64,000 bases of DNA, taken from an uncultured Candidatus Peribacteria bacterium. GTDB lineage: Bacteria; Patescibacteriota; Gracilibacteria; Absconditabacterales; Absconditicoccaceae. Numbering within the stretch: the first letter of the stretch is position 1; every line of letters starts with the position of its first letter. The translations under genes and the position numbers were made by a program. Below the pieces are notes generated by a model, which was given only the letters and a program-made list of their open reading frames with translations, was not told the DNA's origin and made no database searches. Shown here one piece after another: positions 11,629-20,785 of the stretch. The stretch is taken from positions 9,786 through 73,785 of the forward strand of contig CAZJFP010000001.1 of the NCBI GenBank assembly GCA_964545415.1. Direction: 5' to 3'.

Positions 11629-12099
11629 TTATTGTATATTTACGAATCTCATCGTCGTTCCCTCAGCAATTCAATGTTTAGCAGCCATCCCTGCATTGAT
11701 TTCCAAAACATATTTTGCTGTTTTGCCTGGTTGGTAGATAGGACATGGATCCGCTGTGCACGGTTCTGCGGTATGTATTTTCACGACATTGAAGTTTTCA
11801 TCTATCCAGAGCATATCCAAAGGAATCAGAGTGTTTTTCATCCGAAAATCATAGATATCTGCTATTTCAAATACAAAAAGCATTCCTGACATCTCAGACA
11901 TCGATTCACGATACATCAATCACCTTTGATGTTCTTCCTGTGTACGAGCGACCTCTACCACAAAGCATTGATCATCTCAGCATACCTTCGGTTCATCATT
12001 ATTTTGATTCCATATAGTCATACATATGACTGCAATAATGCAAAATCCAATTATGAATCGTATTCATTGTCTTTTTACAAAATTCCGTTTGTTTTTCAT
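11629..12099 (-). CDS. DUF192 domain protein
   Basis: This 157-codon ORF is joined through TGA. It has an N-terminal TM segment and the motifs EEHQRGLMYRESMSEMSGMLFVFE and IPLDMLWID. Confidence 0.7.
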
Positions 12100-12231
12100 G
12101 CTAAATTACCTATATAGTTAAATGATTCTAGATGCTAGATTCAAGATTCAAGAACTATTATGTAGCTACACTGTACTTGAATCATGCATCATACATCATG
12201 TATCAATTTTTTATTTGTTTATTTATTTTTC

Positions 12232-12858
12232 ATGAAACGCCTATTGAAATATCTTGTAGTGCTCCTTATCGTGCTTGTCTGTGTATATGGTTTTTGGCTA
12301 TGGTTGCAATATAAATGAGCTACCGTCATCAAAAAAACCACTGCTTCTATCATGACTGAGCTCAAAACCGTAGAAAAACTGGAAACTGTCTCCAAAAGCT
12401 TTACCAATACTATCGAGGGTCAGCAAGAATTAGTAGCCTTACTCCCTGATATCGGAGTAGACCAAATCATCAGCAGTGCACTCTTTAGTACTGCATTGTC
12501 CCTTGAGGTAGAATGAATAGTCAGTGCTTGATATACTATCAACAACATCGCTACGGGAGATATCCAAGTCTCCCGTGATGGAACAGTCACTATGATCCTC
12601 AGAGAACCTGAGATTTTCTGAGTAACGCTTACCGGAGAATTGCAAACTACTAAGCTCGGTATCGTAACCAAAAGCGAAATAGATATGGAAAATAAACTCA
12701 GAGAAAAAGCTGGAGAGCAAATGATTCAAGAAGCGCTCAGCGGAGGTATCCTTGAAGAAGCCAAAAGCAATGCACAAAGCACTCTCCAAGACCTCTTTTT
12801 GAAAGCAAACATCCAGATCAAGGAAGTTATCATCAAGGGAACTGGCGATAAAGAGTAA
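12232..12858 (+). CDS. DUF4230-like membrane-anchored protein
   Basis: Frame 1 runs from ATG 12232 to TAA 12856-12858 through 4 TGA codons. It has an N-terminal TM helix. The family assignment is from memory of its overall pattern. Confidence 0.55.
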
Positions 12859-12950
12859 AAAGTCTATTTTCATTTGAAATCACTTCTAGAATTCGTATAT
12901 ATTCATTCGCACAATTTTTTTGTTAATTTTTAATTGTTTTGTATATACCA

Positions 12951-13598
12951 ATGCCAAAGAGAAAAGTAGAAAACAAGGTAGTAGAAGTTATCCTCTTGCA
13001 AAGCGACAAACACCTAGGAGAAAAGTTTGAGATCGTCAAGGTTAAACCTATCTTCGCGAGAAATGTCCTATTACCAAAAAATATGGCAGTATTGGCCGAT
13101 GCTATGAACAAGAATAAGTTCGCTCAAAAGATGAAAGCTGCTGAATCTGACAGACAAAAGAAAGCTGTCAATCTAGAAGACCTTTTCATCAAGCTTCACA
13201 ACGATGAAGGTATCACACTCATCAGAAAAGCAAACGCAGATGGAACACTCTACGCAAAAGTCGATGAAAACGATATCGCTACCAAAATCAACGAAGTCTA
13301 TGGAACTGAAATAGAACCTCATTACTTCAAGCTCAAAAAAAAGATTTCTGCACTCGGAAGCTTCACTATCCCATTCCTCTACAAAGAGCTTAAAAAGGAA
13401 GTTATCGTCAAAATAGAGCAAGATCCTGAAGAAGCTGAAAAGTTAGCGAAGAACAAGAAATGAACGAAAAAAGAAATAGCTGAAGAAGAAGTAAAAGTCA
13501 AAAAAACTAGAGAAGAGATAGCCGCAGAAAGAGAAGCAGCAAGATTAGCTAAGAGAGAAGAGACTATCAAGAGATTGAAAGAGAAATTTAAAGACTAA
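12951..13598 (+). CDS. rplI: 50S ribosomal protein L9 with long charged C-terminal extension
   Basis: VEVILLQSDKHLGEKFEIVKVKPIFARNVLLPKNMAV is the L9 N-domain. The ORF reads through TGA at 13461 to TAA 13596-13598, which adds a K/E-rich tail. Confidence 0.85.
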
Positions 13599-13775
13599 AG
13601 GTAATTTGTCCGCCTATGCGGACGTAATGAACTTCGTGCAATATACCTGTGGCGTAATGCACATCGTCCATTACTAATCATTACAGGCGAAGCCCTTATT
13701 ATATCCGCCATTACGGATATATTACAGTCATTTTGAAGCATAACCATGCTTATCATATCCCCGCATCGCAGGGGT
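13599..13775. repeat. Second GTAATG/CATTAC mini-hairpin cluster, with GC hairpin gtccgcctatgcggac
   Basis: It uses the same word set as 9547-9756. Its orientation relative to the upstream gene (rplI) is the same as for the AI-2E gene at the other locus. Confidence 0.7.
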
Positions 13776-13804
13776 AAAAAACTCACTTCGGTGAGTTTTT
13801 TTTT
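13776..13804. terminator. Bidirectional intrinsic-terminator-like hairpin
   Basis: The sequence aaaaa actcac ttcg gtgagt ttttttttt lies between rplI and the convergent lipoprotein gene. Confidence 0.65.
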
Positions 13805-13864
13805 ATTTCGCAATAAAAAAAGGCCAGAAAATACTCCTGACCTTTCTTGAACCAATATGGCAAT

Positions 13865-14491
13865 TTAATTTTTTTCTTTGTTTGTTACTTTTACATTGTT
13901 TTTATCCTTCTTAGCTAACAAAAGCTGAAGGATCTCTTTTTGCTGTTCATACGACCATTCCCATCTGGCTGAACAAAAATCATCGACTTTTTCTCCTACA
14001 ATATCTACAGTGTAAATATATATTTCTCCTTTACTTTCGAAAGGGACATATCCTTTTACAGTAACTGAGATTTTGTAAGACGGTAAATAAAAGTCGTAAT
14101 AGTCAGCTGACTCTAATTTTTCTATGGAACAGCTGTCTAGCGACTCTTTTTTTATTACCTCTTTGAATCGCCGTAAGCAAATCAAAGAATACGGCTCAGG
14201 AGAACACTTATCATCAAGAATCTTGATAAGGTTTTTGATAGTGATGGTTCCATCTGCATTTACCGTATCGCTACCACCAATATTGACGATCACTTTACTG
14301 TCTCCCTGGAAGCGTTTCACCGCTACACTTCCATCAGAGAAATACAGTATATTCCCCGATTCATCATACTGGCAACTGTCTACCACAAGATCAGCTACCT
14401 TCTGTACAGGACTATTTCTTCTCCCGCTTCGGCTGGTACATGCGGAAAGCAACAAAGCAGCAACAGCTGCGAAAATCAAAACTTTTCTCAT
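13865..14491 (-). CDS. Lipoprotein, unknown function
   Basis: It has a signal peptide with lipobox LLLSAC. The ORF is 208 aa and ends in a real TAA. Confidence 0.65.
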   Translation of the reverse strand: MRKVLIFAAVAALLLSACTSRSGRRNSPVQKVADLVVDSCQYDESGNILYFSDGSVAVKRFQGDSKVIVNIGGSDTVNADGTITIKNLIKILDDKCSPEPYSLICLRRFKEVIKKESLDSCSIEKLESADYYDFYLPSYKISVTVKGYVPFESKGEIYIYTVDIVGEKVDDFCSARWEWSYEQQKEILQLLLAKKDKNNVKVTNKEKN

Positions 14492-14680
14492 TTTTTTTCT
14501 TTTTTTTATTGGTTTATATTATTCTTATATATATTTATTATAAAAAGTCAATCTCACTTACCTGTGGACTTCGGAAACAAATTTCCTATATTTCCTTTAA
14601 CTTTTTGTTAACAAACCCTCCCCGACCCTCCCTTGACAGGGCGGGAGCTAAGGAAAATTTATATATTCTGCTCAAAATAT

Positions 14681-15058
14681 ATGAACGAAGAGGAAATCAG
14701 ATATAAAGCATATAATAGAAGCAATATTGATTCTGCAAGAGAAATGAGAAAGAATCCGACACCAGCTGAAGAGAAAATACGGAATGAGATACTTAAGCAT
14801 AGACCATGAGGATATAAATTCACCAGACAAAAACCTATATGATCGTTTATAGTTGATTTCTATTGCGCTAAACTTGCTTTGGCTATTGAACTTGATGGGG
14901 AAGTTCATAAGAATAATAAGGAATACGACAAAGAAAGAACCTCTTTCTTATCTTCAAAATGAATATCGGTAATAAGATATCGAAACAATGAAGTCATTAA
15001 AAATATAGATAAGGTTTATAAAGATATCCTGAATTATATACAAGAGACTGAAAAATAG
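14681..15058 (+). CDS. DUF559 endonuclease-domain protein (Vsr-like fold)
   Basis: AREMRKNPTPAEEKIRNEILKHRPGGYKFTRQKPIGSFIVDFYC ... AIELDGEVH matches the DUF559 pattern. It contains 3 in-frame TGA codons and ends at TAG 15056-15058. Confidence 0.75.
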
Positions 15059-15141
15059 AATATTCCATGTAGCCCCCTGTCAAGGGGGAATGGGGGTTTG
15101 AAAAATTAAATTAAGAAAAATTTTATAATTATCTGTTTGGT

Positions 15142-16698
15142 ATGTTATTTGAGTTACAATCGAACTATAAACCAGGAGGAGATCAGCCGCAGGCCATAGA
15201 GCAGATCAAGAAACTCTTCGAAAGCGGAAAGCGCAAGGCTACCCTACTCTGAGCCACGGGTACGGGAAAGACCTTTACTATGGCAAACATCATCCAACAT
15301 GTCCAGAAACCTACCTTGATAATTTCTCACAACAAGACTTTGGCTGCGCAGCTTGCGACGGAGTTCAAGTATTTTTTTCCGAATAATGCCGTGCATTACT
15401 TCGTCTCCTACTTTGACTATTACCAGCCGGAAAGTTATTTACCGGACCAATGATTATATATCGAGAAAGAAGCGACTATCAACCAGGAGATCGAGATGTA
15501 CAGACTCGCAACTATGGCTTCATTACTAACCAGAAAGGATGTAATAGTAGTAGCTTCAGCATCATCACTCTACGGTTTGGGACAAAAAAGATTCTTCGAA
15601 GAAAACTGTCTGCAGCTGGAAGTGGGTAAAGAATATGATTTCAAGGAACTGAAAAAACAGCTATTACGTATGCAGTATAAACCTATAGTCTCTAAGATAG
15701 AGCACGGTATGTTCGAATTCAAAGGAGATATCTTGGATATCTTTTCCAGTACGGAGAAATTCGTGTATAGATTACATTTCAACGAAGAAAAAATAGAGAT
15801 TATAGAAATGAAAGATTCCGTGACCTTCGAATCACACGGCAATAGAACCAAAGTCAGCATCCGGCCTGCGACACAGTTTTTGCAGGATATCTCCGATCTG
15901 GATACCATCCTCGAACAGATGAATGCCGAGAAAGAGCTCAGAGTCAAAGAATTTGAAAAGCAGGGAATGTTGGTAGAGGCAGAGAGGATCAAGAAAAGGG
16001 TGGAATACGATATCAGGATGATCAAGGAAACCGGATTCGTGAATGGGATCGAAAATTATTCCTTATATTTTGACAACAGATTGCCGGGAGAGCCTCCGAA
16101 CACGATTTTCGATTACTTCCCGGACGATTTCCTCCTCATTATCGACGAATCGCATATGACTATTCCGCAGCTGAGAGCAATGCCAAGCGGCGATAGAGCG
16201 AGAAAGACTAATCTGATAAAATACTGATTCAGACTACCTTCAGCGATCGACCACAGACCGCTGAGATTCGAGGAGCTCGAAGGAATCTTGGGTCGGGTCG
16301 ATATGGAAAATATTATGCCGGATCAAGCGTTTGACCTCGACGCGAACGTTTCAAATACCCATATCGAGATCTACAACAAATACAAAAATATGAAAGCTGC
16401 ACGTGGAGAAAATCAGATGCTTACGTTGGTCAAGAAACATAAAAAAGATGCTAAATCTATCTTCCTATCCGCTACGCCGGCTGAGTATGAATTGAATCTT
16501 TCCGATAAAGTCGTCGAGCAGATCATCAGACCGACAGGCTTATTAGATCCGATCACATATGTGTATCCGAAGTCATGAGACTATGACTCATTGATTTTGA
16601 GTATAGAAAAACTGATAAAGCAAAAGCCACATCTGAAAGAATTTATGGATGGATATAGCTTGAAAGATGGAGTGGAAGAAGTGTTTAGTAATGAGTAA
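15142..16698 (+). CDS. uvrB: Excinuclease ABC subunit B, C-terminally truncated (518 aa)
   Basis: It has [14 protein letters not shown], Walker [12 protein letters not shown] (Gly = TGA at 15250), [10 protein letters not shown] and [10 protein letters not shown]. It then terminates at TAA 16696-16698 with no helicase domain 2 (no TLTK/LREGLD region). Confidence 0.8.
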
Positions 16699-16750
16699 TG
16701 TCATTACAACCCCGAAATATCCGAAGAAGCAATCTCCATATAGGAAAAAG

Positions 16751-16776
16751 AAAAAAATCGCCTTGCGATTTTTTTC
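16751..16776. terminator. Bidirectional intrinsic-terminator-like hairpin
   Basis: The sequence aaaaaaatcgc ctt gcgatttttt is flanked by A and T runs. It lies between the uvrB stop and the convergent gene 16835..17557. Confidence 0.6.
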
Positions 16777-16834
16777 TCGGTAGAAATACTATTTTTGACT
16801 TTTTGACAATCAATGACCTAAAAGGGACGAATCG

Positions 16835-17557
16835 CTACGCGGAGCAGTCCTCACAAGCGACAAAAGGCGTTCAGCATTCCATGGCGCTTTTTTCAAATAC
16901 AGGACCTCCACCCCGCCAAATTTCATACCCATCCGACAACCTCACATAGCCGGTACCAACATTGCGAAATGTTCTTCGTAGTTCAAATACATAACCGGAT
17001 TTTTTTAAACCAAAAAGATTGATAAAGTTTAGCATTTTTTCTTCTTGGTTTTCTCCTGGGAAATAACTAATAAATTCTTCTACTTCTGCTCTATTATTAA
17101 GTAATTTCTTATTTTGTTCTTTACAGACCTTTTCTGCTGCTCTACCTGTTAAGTAAGTCACTCCTGCAATTCACTTGTGTCCATATTCATCTTCATTTTC
17201 TCATGTGAAGATATCTTTACCATTATGCTCAGCTTGTAATATCGAGAATTTTTTCTTCATCTTGATTATCTCTATCTTTCCATCAGTACTGATTTTAATG
17301 TTCTCTTGCATATACTTCTGTTGTTCTGGTTTATCTTTAAGATTTTTCCAAAGCTTTACATATCCTTCATGTTGAGAAAAAGGACAATCCTTTTCTACGG
17401 GCGTCTGCGTAAACTCTTTTTTATCTAGAAGGCCTTGGATAAGCTCATCTTTCTTCTCTTGAGAAAGAGACTTAGATTTCCTGATAGCGACGATATCTTC
17501 AGCTATCTCATGCCTTTCAGATGCATGCTCAGTTTTTTTTAGATCTTTCTTTGCCAT
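16835..17557 (-). CDS. Hypothetical protein
   Basis: This 241-codon minus-strand ORF joins track ORFs 16871..17161 and 17201..17647 through TGA. It starts at MAKKDLKK and ends in TAG. I recognised no family. Confidence 0.5.
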
Positions 17558-17700
17558 GGGTGTAAAATTATAGGTAAAACTACATATACGTAAGTATACT
17601 CCCCCCCTCGATTTGTCAAATTTTGGAGGACTTTTTTTGGAAATCATTGAAATATATCGTTCCTGATTGCAATCGGGGGCGTTTTTTCTATAGTCTAGGT

Positions 17701-18192
17701 ATGTTATTTCATTTTCTCTCTATTGCTATGATAAACACACCAAAAAAAGGCATACATCGTTTTGCTAAATCAAATTCATTTGATGAAACTAAGGTTTCTG
17801 ATGAAGTTGCTCGTGTGCTTTTTATCAATGAAGACTATGCTGTCAAACGCATGAAATTCCTATCACTTGCACAAGTATGCTTCGATAAGCTCTGATTGAC
17901 TAAGTGATCCAAACAGCTGAGAGTAATGAAACATTATTTCAACAATGGTGCCTGTTATATCATGAGATCAGATAATTTTGCTCAAGCAAGTGAAGAAGAG
18001 ATAGATGAATATTGGAAAAATAACCAATTGTTTATGTCTATCGTCCAACGCATCAATCATCTTGATACAGAGCAAAAAAAATGTTTCCTTGCATCTATGG
18101 AACACCATCATGACACTGACCAAACTGTACCCACTCCCAACCCGATCGTAATTATGGACACTATTCTTACTTCAGTACTTAGCTCGACATAA
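17701..18192 (+). CDS. Hypothetical protein
   Basis: Frame 1 joins track ORFs 17623 and 17926 through two TGA codons. TAA 18190-18192 directly abuts the rimO ATG. The start is uncertain (17701 or 17728). Confidence 0.45.
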
Positions 18193-19572
18193 ATGCAACC
18201 ACTCAATTTTTCTCTCATCAATCTCTGATGCACCAAGAACCTGGTCGATAGCCAATATTTCCTTGGTAGACTTTTTGATATGAGCATGAAGTCCCATGAC
18301 TATCAGATAAATTATTTTGCCGATCCCTTCGATAAAGAGACGAAATTTGTATTTGTTAATACATGTGGATTTATTTCGTCTGCAAGAGACGAAGCTGATG
18401 AAACAGTGCAACAGCTTTTGGAAGCGGGAAAGACTGTGTATTTGCTTGGATGTGCTGTACAGTATTACAAAAAGCTCATGAAAATAGACGGAATGGACGG
18501 AATAGATAGAATAGGACCTATCTCATCCAACCCGTCTAATCCATCTGGTCTCCATTATTTGTCCCGAGGCGATGTGAATAAAGTAAATCTAAAAAATATC
18601 TTAGCATGATACGATAGCAAAAGTTACGGCGATTTTGAATTTGCTAGCTCGCCGAGAGTCTATACTAACATAGAACAAAAGTTTGAATATCTCAAAATCG
18701 CAGAATGATGCGATAATCATTGCACGTTCTGTATCATCCCAGACATCAGAGGAAAGCAACAATCGCTCCCGATGGAACAGATTTTGAACGAAGCGAAGCA
18801 GATGATCGCAAACGGCATCCAGGAAATTATTTTGATAGCGCAAGATACGACGAGATACGGAAGTGATCTTTACGGTGAGCCGAAATTATTGGAATTGTTA
18901 AAAAAGTTGGATAAGCTGAAATGAGATTTTCAGTACAGACTCCTCTACTTGTATCCGGATATCGTCACGCTGAAACAAATCAAAGAGCTGAAAATATTGA
19001 AAAAGTTTATCCCGTATTTTGATATTCCCTTGCAACATATTAGTTCACCGGTCTTGAAAAAAATGGGAAGATTCTATGACGAAACATATATCAAAAAATT
19101 TTTGGATCAGATCAAAGATTCCTTTCCGATCAGATTTGTGAGAACGAATTTGATCATCGGATTCCCCGGCGAAACGAAGGAAGACTTCAAAAAACTGATG
19201 AAATTTATCGACGAAACAAAGTTCGATAATATCGCCCTGTTCGAATATCACGATGAGCCGCTAGCGGCTTCAAGTAAATTACCGAACAAAGTTTCTGAGA
19301 GTGAAATCAGAGCGAGATTCACGAAAATCAGACAGCTGGTGAATAGGCAATTGCTCGAGAGAGAGAACGACAGAAAATGAACCCAGGAAGTATGATATAT
19401 TACCGAATTTTATTCTGAATTCTGAACTCTGAATTCTGAATTAATAGTCCGTCCGCGATTGCATTGTCCAGAAATCGATGAAGTGGATGAAATTAGTTTA
19501 CCACAAGTTATCGGGACGTTCGATGAGAAAAAGGAGTTGGAAATAGGCGATAAAATAGTATATACTTTATAA
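18193..19572 (+). CDS. rimO: Ribosomal protein S12 methylthiotransferase
   Basis: It has the MTTase N-domain ([14 protein letters not shown]), the radical-SAM motif [31 protein letters not shown], and a TRAM-like C-terminus. The ORF is 459 aa and is joined through TGA. Confidence 0.8.
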
Positions 19573-19576
19573 ACAC

Positions 19577-19738
19577 CGTGCCGTACGTCATTCCGGGAAC
19601 TAATACTACACCACATCATTCCCGGAAACTAATACTACACCACGTCATTCCCGACCTGATCGGGAATCCAATTCGCTATGTAGCAAGATGGATTCCCGCT
19701 TTCGCGAGAATGACGCTGAAAAGTACGGGAATGACGTT
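19577..19738. repeat. GC-rich palindromic repeat cluster (GTCATTCCCG ... CGGGAATGAC words)
   Basis: It has a direct repeat (cgtcattccgggaactaatactacaccac, two copies), the hairpin gtcattcccgacctgatcgggaatcc, then ggattcccgctttcgcgagaatgacg and cgggaatgacg. Confidence 0.75.
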
Positions 19739-19774
19739 GCTGGAACATAAAATTTTACCTTCTAAATTCATTTC

Positions 19775-20650
19775 ATGGCTCTTACTCCCGAGCTCCAGAC
19801 TATTGCGGATACGTTAAGACAAGAAAAGGTCATCGGTTTATTGGCGCCGAGTTTCCCGGTGGATTTTTGATATCCGGAGATCATCATCAATCTCAAGATG
19901 ATCGGCTGCGAAAAAGTCGTCGAACTCACCTACGCTGCGAAGTTGATAAATATGGAATACGAGAAAATCCTCAAAGAGCATCCTGATAAACAATATATCT
20001 GTCCCAACTGCCCTACTATCGTGAAGATGATAGAATTCAAATATCCAGAGCTCAAAGAAGATATCATCAATGTCGCATCGCCCATGGTCGTTATGCATAG
20101 ATTTGTAAAAAAACAATACGGTCCCGACTGGAAAACGCTTTTTATCGGACCATGCCTAGCGAAGAAACTGGAAGCGAAACAATATGGCATCGATTACGCT
20201 ATCACATTCAAAGAATTACAGGATATTTTCGATTATTATAAAGAGAACAATATCCCGTCCAAGGAATTTACCTTTTCTGTCACCGAAGACGGCACGCCCG
20301 ATTTCGATAAATTCTACAATGATTATACTAAAGTCTATCCGCTCGCTGGATGAGTCGCTGATAGCATGCATTACAAAGGTATCCTGACAAAAGATCAGAT
20401 TCTCGTAATCGACGGACCGAAAGAGATAGATGCAGGCATACAGGAATTCAAAAACAATAAAAACATCAAATTCCTCGATATCTTAGCCTGCGAATGATGA
20501 TGTATCGGCGGACCATGAATGATGTCCAAGGAGCCGTTGGAAGTAAAAAAACAGAAAGTTCTTGAGTATAAACACTATTGTAAAAAAGATAAAATCTGAT
20601 CCAAACTCGGCAAGTTCGAATACGGAGAAGGACTCGATATCACCAGATAA
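19775..20650 (+). CDS. [FeFe]-hydrogenase large-subunit C-terminal-domain-like protein (stand-alone, 291 aa)
   Basis: It has APSF..., ICPNCPTIVKMIE, FIGPCLAKKLE and DILACEGGCIGGPG. These resemble the three H-cluster cysteine motifs. The two glycines after ACE are TGA. Confidence 0.65.
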
Positions 20651-20654
20651 ATTT

Positions 20655-20785
20655 AATGAAAAATTAAAAATTAATAATTAATAATGAATAATGTTGGTGT
20701 CGCATATTTATTAGCTATTGTAAAATTACAATAGTTCATTTGAGCAATTCTGCCATCATTCATCTTTCATTTTTCATCATTCATT
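20655..20785. repeat. ~130-nt palindromic intergenic element, family B, copy 1
   Basis: The left arm is aattaataatgaataatgttggt, the central mini-palindrome is ctattgtaaaattacaatag, and the right arm is catcattcatctttcatttttcatcattcatt. The right arm abuts the hemW ATG. Confidence 0.8.
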
